Below are positions 7,765 through 13,109 of a stretch of DNA of 32,284 bases, one piece after another (the first letter of the stretch is position 1; each line of letters starts with the position of its first letter). Source of the stretch: Alphaproteobacteria bacterium (GTDB taxonomy: Bacteria > Pseudomonadota > Alphaproteobacteria > MPNO01 > DASWLB01); the NCBI GenBank assembly GCA_036396315.1, contig DASWLB010000382.1, forward strand, positions 1 to 32,284. Direction: 5' to 3'. A program made the translations under genes and the position numbers. The notes beneath the pieces are model-generated. The model saw nothing but the letters and a program-made list of their open reading frames with translations. It had not been told where the DNA came from and made no database searches.

Positions 7765-8117
7765 TCGGCGGCCTCCGGATCAGGTGCCAGGAGTCGGGGA
7801 TCAGGTGTCAGGTGTCGGGTGTCGGGTGTCGAAGGCTCGGGTATCTGGTGCCGGATCGCCGCCCGCAAGGCGGCGAGGGTTTCGGCGTCGAGCAGCCGCC
7901 GGGCCATGCGCCAGAACATCTCGCGCTCGCAGCGGTCGAGCTCGGCAGTCATCAGGCCGTGATGCTTCTGGAAGTTTCGGATCGTCGGGCTCATGCCGGC
8001 CTGCCAGCGCGACAGGAGCGAGGGATCAGCCCCGCACGCGCGTGCGACCAGGTTGAGCGACAGGTTGAGCGCCACCGCCCGTTGCTTTAGCTCGCCAATT
8101 TGTTCGATCCATTGCAT
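7761..8117 (-). CDS. Cro-like / early-operon HTH regulator (118 aa)
   Basis: First gene of the leftward operon, divergent from the CI-like repressor. HTH-like stretch LSLNLVARACGADPSLLSRWQAG. The C-terminus carries heptapeptide repeats (PDTRHLT PDPRLLA PDP). Confidence 0.6.
   Translation of the reverse strand: MQWIEQIGELKQRAVALNLSLNLVARACGADPSLLSRWQAGMSPTIRNFQKHHGLMTAELDRCEREMFWRMARRLLDAETLAALRAAIRHQIPEPSTPDTRHLTPDPRLLAPDPEAAE
7779..7829. repeat. Nested tandem repeats: 2 x 21 bp (18/21 identical) containing 4 x 7 bp (caggtgt caggtgt cgggtgt cgggtgt)
   Basis: Read directly. 7779-7799 atcaggtgccaggagtcgggg versus 7800-7820 atcaggtgtcaggtgtcgggt. The 7-mers lie at 7802-7829. The repeats sit inside the 3' end of the Cro-like CDS. 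Confidence 0.8.
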
Positions 8118-8232
8118 AACTCATAGGGCTGAAGTGATTTGCGAAATATGTCAAGATTGTTTTTACAAGATGCAGCGCATCGCCGAAGTCGCGCATACTA
8201 GCTCTTGCATTTTCGCAAGGGAGAGTCGGAGC
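8118..8232. promoter_or_regulatory. Divergent promoter/operator region of the immunity switch
   Basis: An AT-rich 115-bp gap between divergent regulators. TTGCGAAA (8139-8146) and its reverse complement TTTCGCAA (8211-8218) form an inverted pair about 64 bp apart. CTTGC-N6-GCAAG lies at 8204-8219 and TTGCAT occurs at 8112-8117 and 8205-8210. I could not confidently assign -35/-10 boxes. Confidence 0.5.
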
Positions 8233-8958
8233 GTGGGTGGTGATGACGACAATTCGGGCGAGGACGTTGCGGACATGCTCCGGGCCTGGCTGCGCCGGAT
8301 TATCACGCGGTCCGGACTCAAACCCACGCCATTCGCCGAAGCCTGCGGCCTTGCGCCCTCGACGGTGATCCGCGCGCTCGACGAGAACAACCCCGGCCAC
8401 CTGAGCTGGCGCACCATCGACCGGATTGTCCGACGGTTCGGCGTCTCGCCGCCCACCGCGGCGGACCCGCTCGCGGAGGCGACCGAGGGCTTCGCCGAGG
8501 ACGTGGCGCCGTTCCAAACCGCGCCGCCGCCGGAGCTGCGCCCGACCCACGCCGATCAGAGCGTTTGGACCGTTCGCGGGCGCAGTCTCGATCTGGCCGG
8601 CTACGTTCCCGGCGACCTCATCCTGCTCGATCGCGGCGTCCGGCCCCGGCCGGGAGACGCGGTTTGCGCCCAGGTGATCGACCATATGCGTGGCGGCGCC
8701 GAGACCGTGTTCCGCGTCTGGGATCCGCCGTATCTCATCACCGAGACCGGCGACAGCACCGCCCGCCGCAAGCCGCTGCTCGTCGATGATGACCGGGTGG
8801 CGATCGTCGGAACCGTGGTGCGAGCCCTCCGGCTTCGCGCCCTCGAGCACAATGGCGGCGAGGCGGCCCGGCCGGAGCTACCGCCGGCGGCCGTCGAGCC
8901 CGACGACGACGGCGACGATCAGCGCGGTCGTCAGCAAAACGCCGCCGCGCGGCGATAG
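8233..8958 (+). CDS. CI/LexA-like repressor: N-terminal HTH plus C-terminal S24 peptidase-like domain (241 aa from GTG 8233)
   Basis: SD GGGAGAG (8219-8225) lies 7 nt before the in-frame GTG at 8233; the ATG at 8275 is an alternative start. HTH stretch LKPTPFAEACGLAPSTVIRALDENN. S24-like stretch VRGRSLDLAGYVPGDLILLDRGVRPRPGDAVCAQV...VAIVGTVVRALR. Confidence 0.8.
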   Translation: MGGDDDNSGEDVADMLRAWLRRIITRSGLKPTPFAEACGLAPSTVIRALDENNPGHLSWRTIDRIVRRFGVSPPTAADPLAEATEGFAEDVAPFQTAPPPELRPTHADQSVWTVRGRSLDLAGYVPGDLILLDRGVRPRPGDAVCAQVIDHMRGGAETVFRVWDPPYLITETGDSTARRKPLLVDDDRVAIVGTVVRALRLRALEHNGGEAARPELPPAAVEPDDDGDDQRGRQQNAAARR

Positions 8959-9084
8959 CCCCAGAATCTCCGTCGCCAGCCACGCCCCGAACTGGACGAG
9001 GCCGACGAACGCCGCCGCCGCCGCGGCCAGCCCCGCCACCACGAACAGCCATCCCCGCTCACGTGCCAGATCGCGAAGCCCCAT
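8878..9084 (-). CDS. Small two-TM membrane protein (68 aa)
   Basis: Sequence MGLRDLARERGWLFVVAGLAAAAAAFVGLVQFGAWLATEILGLSPRGGVLLTTALIVAVVVGLDGRRR has two clear hydrophobic helices. Its 3' end overlaps the repressor's 3' end convergently (8878-8958). The SD is weak. Confidence 0.45.
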   Translation of the reverse strand: MGLRDLARERGWLFVVAGLAAAAAAFVGLVQFGAWLATEILGLSPRGGVLLTTALIVAVVVGLDGRRR

Positions 9085-9122
9085 GCCGGCGACTTTACCG
9101 CGCGCAACCGTTCCGGCTAAAT

Positions 9123-9138
9123 TGTTTCACGTGAAACA
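9123..9138. promoter_or_regulatory. 16-bp perfect palindrome TGTTTCACGTGAAACA (operator candidate)
   Basis: Read directly. It lies in the AT-rich gap between the small membrane-protein gene (minus) and the xis/int operon (plus). Confidence 0.4.
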
Positions 9139-9264
9139 CTTTTCGAGGATTAACTGTCATCCGTGCAATTTTCCATTGCGCCGATCTCCCAAATCGCCTT
9201 ACCCTCCGCCGCGTCGGATCGCGCCCTGGTGCCTGGCGCGGTCCGGCCAGCCCCGCGGTGTCTT

Positions 9265-9300
9265 CCCTCCCTGGGAGGCCGCGGGGCCACCCAGGGAGGG
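9265..9300 (+). promoter_or_regulatory. Strong hairpin that sequesters the SD of the 9304 gene
   Basis: CCCTCCCTGGG (9265-9275) is the exact reverse complement of CCCAGGGAGGG (9290-9300), giving an 11-bp stem. The 14-nt loop contains a further GGCC/GGCC pair. The 3' arm contains the SD GGGAGGG, 3 nt before the ATG at 9304. Confidence 0.5.
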
Positions 9301-9303
9301 CTC

Positions 9304-9570
9304 ATGATCCACCATCAGGCGTTCAACGAGGCCGTCGCCGCCGCCCGCGGCGCGTGGCGCAAGCTTTCGATCGACGACACCGGCGAGATCGCCGCCGCCA
9401 TCGCCGACGGCCAGTCGCTCAACCAGCGCATCATCTGCGAGCTGATCCGCGCCGGCCTCGCCTCGGTGCGCCGGCGCGAGGCCGCCTATCGCCGTCACCT
9501 GGCGATCGTCGCCGCGCTGGCGCTCGCCGCCCACGCGCGAACCCGCGGCGAGCCGGGAGGCGCGGCATGA
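9304..9570 (+). CDS. Hypothetical protein (88 aa), first gene of the xis/int operon
   Basis: The ATG at 9304 is preceded by GGGAGGG. Sequence MIHHQAFNEAVAAARGAWRKLSIDDTGEIAAAIADGQSLNQRIICELIRAG... Its stop overlaps the next ATG (ATGA at 9567-9570). Confidence 0.55.
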   Translation: MIHHQAFNEAVAAARGAWRKLSIDDTGEIAAAIADGQSLNQRIICELIRAGLASVRRREAAYRRHLAIVAALALAAHARTRGEPGGAA

Positions 9571-10016
9571 GCGCGCGCCTCACCGCGCGGGAGCGCGCCC
9601 AGGTCAGGCGCTCGATCCGCGTCTGCATCGACATGATGTCGATGCAAATCCGCGCTCAGGGCGACGACGCCGCGCTCCGGCTCGCCGTCAGGTCGGTCGA
9701 GCGGGTCGTGCGGCCGTTCCTCGAGTTCTGGTGCCTCGAGCTCCTGCCCCACGTGCGGAACGCCGGGGCCGACCCCGAGGCCCTGACGAAGGCATTGAGC
9801 GACGTCGATTGCGTGGTCCTCAACATGGTCGCGAACATGACGGCGCAGCTGGTCTGCGCGCGCACGGAGGCGGCGCCGGAAGCTCAGCGCGATGTCGTCG
9901 ACGCCTACAACGTGCTGTTCGCCCGGCTTCTGCTGAGGTCGACCGAGGTCAAGCGGATGGCGCCGGCCATCCACCCGTTCTCCGGCGAAATGCGGCACCC
10001 GGGGCCGGCCAATTGA
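9567..10016 (+). CDS. Hypothetical protein (149 aa)
   Basis: The ATG at 9567 has SD GGGAGG 7 nt upstream. Helical, protein-like sequence (MSARLTARERAQVRRSIRVCIDMMSMQIRAQGDD...). Confidence 0.6.
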   Translation: MSARLTARERAQVRRSIRVCIDMMSMQIRAQGDDAALRLAVRSVERVVRPFLEFWCLELLPHVRNAGADPEALTKALSDVDCVVLNMVANMTAQLVCARTEAAPEAQRDVVDAYNVLFARLLLRSTEVKRMAPAIHPFSGEMRHPGPAN

Positions 10017-10315
10017 CCGAGCACCCGCTCACCCTCGCCGAGACCGCCGAGCGGGTCGGCCGCGGCGAGGACTGGTTTTATCGCCACTGGCGCCGCCTGG
10101 TCGCCGAGGCGCGCTTTCCCTTGCCGATCCACGACGAGCGGCCCTTCGTGTGGTGGCCGTCGCACGTCCAGGCATGGATCGACCGCCGCCTCGCGCCCGA
10201 TCTCGCCGCCCGCGTCGCCGAGCTCGAGGGGCGCGAGGCGCCCGCCCGCGACGCCCCGGTCATCGAGGCCCACTCGGCCGAGCTGCGCCGGCTGTTCGCC
10301 CACCGGCCGGCCTGA
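10013..10315 (+). CDS. Excisionase/AlpA-like HTH protein (100 aa, TTG start)
   Basis: LTLAETAERVGRGEDWFYRHWRRLVAEARFPLPIHDERPFVWWPSHVQAWIDRRL fits the excisionase/MerR-type (HTH_17) pattern. The only plausible start is the TTG at 10013, which overlaps the upstream TGA (TTGA). It lies upstream of the integrase. Confidence 0.5.
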   Translation: MTEHPLTLAETAERVGRGEDWFYRHWRRLVAEARFPLPIHDERPFVWWPSHVQAWIDRRLAPDLAARVAELEGREAPARDAPVIEAHSAELRRLFAHRPA

Positions 10316-10695
10316 TGCACGGCGCCCCACGCAACCCGCGCGATCGCCACCGCGCCCCGAGGTCCGACGAGGAGATCGCGCTCGCCGTGCGCGACCGGCT
10401 GCGCGAGCGCAAGGTCGACCTTCGGATCGCGATCGAGGAAATCGACCGTCTGCGGCGCGAGAACGCCATGCTGCGCGCCGCCCGGAAACTTCACTGGTCG
10501 CCGAACGCCATGAACTGCGCCAAGTGCGACGGCCGCGGATTGCTCGCCCACGACGGGCTCGGCCCGGAGGCCAGGGCCCGCGCCGGCTTCGGCTCGGTGT
10601 TCCCGTGCGATGCCTGCGGCGGCGCGGGTCTGGTCCATTGCCGCGAGCGCGAGCGCGCCCGGCCCGAAGGAGAGGCAGCATGTGGGAAATCCTGA
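10315..10695 (+). CDS. Coiled-coil protein with two DnaJ-type CxxCxGxG zinc-finger motifs (126 aa)
   Basis: The ATG at 10315 overlaps the upstream stop (TGATG). Motifs CAKCDGRG and CDACGGAG, preceded by a heptad-like stretch (RLRERKVDLRIAIEEIDRLRRENAMLRAA). Confidence 0.6.
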   Translation: MHGAPRNPRDRHRAPRSDEEIALAVRDRLRERKVDLRIAIEEIDRLRRENAMLRAARKLHWSPNAMNCAKCDGRGLLAHDGLGPEARARAGFGSVFPCDACGGAGLVHCRERERARPEGEAACGKS

Positions 10696-10817
10696 TCGCC
10701 GGCGCCGCCGGCTTCATCGCCGGTTATCTGATCGGCCACCGCCACGGCTGGCGCGCCTGCCTGCGCGGCTCGTATGACCTGGACCGGATCCGCCGCCACC
10801 TGTGCTTCCGGCCTTGA
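10680..10817 (+). CDS. Small single-TM protein (45 aa)
   Basis: SD AAGGAGAGG lies 4 nt before the ATG at 10680. Sequence MWEILIAGAAGFIAGYLIGHRHGWRACLRGSYDLDRIRRHLCFRP. Confidence 0.45.
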   Translation: MWEILIAGAAGFIAGYLIGHRHGWRACLRGSYDLDRIRRHLCFRP

Positions 10818-10871
10818 CACGGCCGGCCGGCCGCCGGCGTGATCGACGCCCGCCACGAGAGGAGCGTTGCG

Positions 10872-12095
10872 ATGGCTCGCCTCAAGGTTCCCTATTTCCA
10901 GTGGCGCTCGGGCCGCCCGCGCTGGCACCCGGGACCGGGCGTCCGCGCGCTCGGGTTCACGGGCCGCGATCTCAGGAACGAGCTGGGCGACTGGCTCGGC
11001 GAGGGGGCGGCGATCGAGCTCGCCCGCGAGCTCAACCGCCAGGTTCAGGAGGCGCGATCCCAGCCGGTGCCGGCCGAGGGCCCGGCAGGGAAGGTCAGGA
11101 AGGGCATCCCGCGCACGCCGCGCACCTGCGCGGCGCTGTGGGACGCCTATTCCAAAAGCTCGCGCTTTGGCCGTCTCGGCGCCTCGACGCGCAAGGACTA
11201 TCGCTCCAAGGCCGGCATCTTCCTCGACGGCTTCACCGGCCGGGACGGCGCCGGCATCGAGGGCTTCGGCCGCTTCGCCGTCGCCGCCGTCGACAAGCCG
11301 GTGATGTACGGCTATTCGGAACGGCTGCTCGAGCACAAGGGCGCGGCGATGGCCGCCGGCATCATCGCCGTCGCCCGGCTCATGTTCTCCCATGCCGAGC
11401 GCATCGGCTGGCGGCGCGAGAACTCCAACCCCGCCTTCCGGCTCGGCATGCCGGGCGCGGCGCCGCGCCTCAGGCTGGCGACGCCGGCCGAGATCGAGGC
11501 CCTGGTCGCGGCCGCCGACAAGGCCCGCGTGCCCTCGGTCGGCGACGCGATCCTGCTCGCGCTGCACTCGGCCCAGCGCCGCGGCGACGTGCTCGCCATG
11601 CCCGACTGGATCGTCGCCGACGGGCGCATTCGCCTCCGGCAGTTCAAGCGCGGCGCAGGCGTAGACGTGAAGCTGACGCCGGTCCTGGCCGCCCGCATGG
11701 GGCAGGCCCGCCGGCGCGGCCGGGCGATCGAAAGCGAGCGCTGCCGCAAGCTCGGCCGGCCCGAGCGCAACGAGCTCGCGATCATCCTGTCCGAGACCAC
11801 CGGCGAGGCGTGGAACGGCAGCACCTTCTCCCATTCCTTCGGCCTGGTGCGCGCGGCCGCGGCCGCTTCGTGCCCGTCGCTCGCCGATCTCAGGTTCCTC
11901 GATTTGCGCGACACCGCCATCACCCGGCTCGCGCTCGCCGGCTGCGACAAGTGGCAGATCGCCTCGATCTCCGGCCATTCGCTGGTCGCGATCGACACCA
12001 TCCTCAAGCACTACCTGGTGCTGGGCCGCGCCTTCGCGGACCCGGCGATCGACAAGCTCACCGCCTGGATGCGGCGCGAGGGCATCGCGCTATGA
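10872..12095 (+). CDS. int: Tyrosine recombinase / phage integrase (407 aa)
   Basis: The ATG at 10872 has SD GAGAGGAG about 8 nt upstream. The catalytic region contains LALHSAQRRGDVL (Arg), LDLRDTAITRL, ISGHS and ILKHYL (Tyr). The N-terminus MARLKVPYFQWRSGRPRWHPGPG is typical of P4-type integrases. Confidence 0.9.
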   Translation: MARLKVPYFQWRSGRPRWHPGPGVRALGFTGRDLRNELGDWLGEGAAIELARELNRQVQEARSQPVPAEGPAGKVRKGIPRTPRTCAALWDAYSKSSRFGRLGASTRKDYRSKAGIFLDGFTGRDGAGIEGFGRFAVAAVDKPVMYGYSERLLEHKGAAMAAGIIAVARLMFSHAERIGWRRENSNPAFRLGMPGAAPRLRLATPAEIEALVAAADKARVPSVGDAILLALHSAQRRGDVLAMPDWIVADGRIRLRQFKRGAGVDVKLTPVLAARMGQARRRGRAIESERCRKLGRPERNELAIILSETTGEAWNGSTFSHSFGLVRAAAAASCPSLADLRFLDLRDTAITRLALAGCDKWQIASISGHSLVAIDTILKHYLVLGRAFADPAIDKLTAWMRREGIAL

Positions 12096-12385
12096 GAGCA
12101 AACCGGCCCCACCTCACCGAAGCCGAGTTCGACGAGCTCAAGCGAACGCGCGATGAAGCGGTCGCGGCTATCGTGAAATCAATCAGCGAGCACTATGGTT
12201 GGGACCTGTCCAAGGTGCTGTTTCATTGTTCGCCACACCCCGGCACGTGCTATTGCGCCTGCCCGAATGGCCCCTGCCAGCATGAGTGGAATGGCGAACC
12301 CGTCAGCGATGAACATTCCTGGTCGGTCACGTGCGCGCGGTGCGGGATGAGCGCTACATCTCACGATCTCCGGTGTTGTCCCTAG
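12092..12385 (+). CDS. Cys/His-rich hypothetical protein (97 aa), translationally coupled to int
   Basis: The ATG at 12092 overlaps the int stop (ATGA). Contains HCSPHPGTCYCACPNGPCQHEW...CARCG...RCCP. Visibly less GC-rich than the flanking genes. Confidence 0.5.
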   Translation: MRANRPHLTEAEFDELKRTRDEAVAAIVKSISEHYGWDLSKVLFHCSPHPGTCYCACPNGPCQHEWNGEPVSDEHSWSVTCARCGMSATSHDLRCCP

Positions 12386-12388
12386 CCG

Positions 12389-12778
12389 ATGCCGATCCGG
12401 CCGGAGAACAGGTCACTCTATCCTCCCGACTGGCCGGAGATCAGCCGCCGCATCCGCGAGGACAGGGCGAACAACGCCTGCGAATGGTGTGGGGCGAAGA
12501 ATGGCGAGCCCCATCCCGAGACCGGCTCGCGCGTCGTCCTCACCGTCGCCCACCTCAACCATGACCCCGGCGATTGCGACGACGACAATCTCGCGGCCCT
12601 CTGCCAGCGATGCCACAACCGCTACGACGCGCCGCACCGGGCGCGCGGGCGGCGCGCGAGGACACATGCCGCCCGCGCGATTGGCGACCTCTTCGCCGGA
12701 TCCACGCGAACAAAAGTCGCACGTGCGACTTTTCAAAAGTCGCATATTCGCGGAATGTTCACGTGGCCACTCGCCTAA
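12389..12778 (+). CDS. HNH endonuclease (129 aa)
   Basis: CEWCG...VAHLNHDPGDCDDDNLAALCQRCHNRYD is a canonical HNH (CxxC...H...N...CxxCH) module. The last ~30 codons read through a palindrome/terminator and are probably a non-conserved tail. Confidence 0.8.
   Translation: MPIRPENRSLYPPDWPEISRRIREDRANNACEWCGAKNGEPHPETGSRVVLTVAHLNHDPGDCDDDNLAALCQRCHNRYDAPHRARGRRARTHAARAIGDLFAGSTRTKVARATFQKSHIRGMFTWPLA
12712..12745. terminator. 22-bp perfect palindrome AAAAGTCGCAC|GTGCGACTTTT (bidirectional intrinsic-terminator-like) plus an adjacent third motif copy
   Basis: Positions 12712-12733 form a perfect palindrome: a GC-rich core flanked by A4 and T4. AAAAGTCGCAT follows at 12735-12745. This is the convergence zone between the plus-strand int operon and the minus-strand late operon. 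Confidence 0.45.
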
Positions 12779-12851
12779 GCCCTTGAATTGCTGACAATCC
12801 GCAGCCACCCTGTCGCCTTCGGGGTCTGATAACGAATGTGTTGCCACTCCT

Positions 12852-12871
12852 TGCCAATCAATAACTTGGCA
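12852..12871. other. Candidate attP core: TGCCAA-tcaataac-TTGGCA
   Basis: 6-bp inverted repeats (12852-12857 and 12866-12871) flank an 8-bp AT-rich spacer. It lies in the non-coding stretch downstream of int/HNH, between copies of the 11-mer AAAAGTCGCAC. The architecture matches tyrosine-recombinase core sites. This is inference only. Confidence 0.3.
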
Positions 12872-12906
12872 GCCGCGCGGGCGCCTGATTTCGTCGGTTT
12901 TTGGGG

Positions 12907-12917
12907 AAAAGTCGCAC
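12907..12917 (+). repeat. Fourth copy of the 11-mer AAAAGTCGCAC
   Basis: Exact match to 12712-12722. The inverted copy is at 12723-12733 and a 10/11 copy at 12735-12745. Confidence 0.7.
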
Positions 12918-13074
12918 CGGGGCCGAGCCGTCAGTCGAGCCCCAGCAGCCGCATCGGCTTGCTCACCCGCCACGACCGGCACTGGAGCCGGGGCGCCGGC
13001 CAGCCGCTCGCCATGACGAGGCGGCATTCGAAGCCGTACACGGCGAGCGGGTCGCCGGCCTGAACGCCGAGCGA

Positions 13075-13095
13075 GAGGGCGAGGGCGAGGGCGAG
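13075..13095. repeat. Hexanucleotide tandem repeat (GAGGGC)x3 plus a partial unit
   Basis: Read directly as gagggc gagggc gagggc gag. On the minus strand it encodes a (LA)n hydrophobic run just downstream of the spanin-like gene's stop. Confidence 0.7.
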
Positions 13096-13109
13096 TCCGG
13101 TCGCGCGGG

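Noticed and set aside
9100-9160. A CtrA-box (TTAA-N7-TTAAC) or other known alphaproteobacterial motif near the palindrome. Also an apparent recurrence of CACGTG (9128, 12720, 12760 and others).
   Set aside because: TTAAC at about 9151 has no TTAA at the required spacing. By a rough composition estimate, CACGTG should occur about ten times by chance in this window, so its recurrence is not significant.
9163-9303. The upstream 47 codons of track ORF 9163-9570 as coding sequence.
   Set aside because: This part spans the AT-rich promoter region and the 11-bp hairpin. The strong SD GGGAGGG sits directly before the internal ATG at 9304, so the shorter 88-aa product is preferred.
12413-13027. The 204-aa minus-strand ORF antisense to the HNH gene and spanning the attP-like region.
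   Set aside because: It has low-complexity, Arg/Pro-rich composition, and it runs through the palindrome and AT-rich non-coding stretch. The opposite strand carries an unambiguous HNH motif.
12931-13109. A possible o-spanin or secreted peptide encoded just after the i-spanin-like gene (signal-peptide-like TGLALALALSLGVQAGDP...).
   Set aside because: There is no ATG, GTG or TTG in frame between the upstream stop context and the hydrophobic run, and there is no lipobox Cys. The hydrophobic run is a by-product of the (GAGGGC)n repeat. The 174-aa track ORF containing it is otherwise Arg-rich noise.
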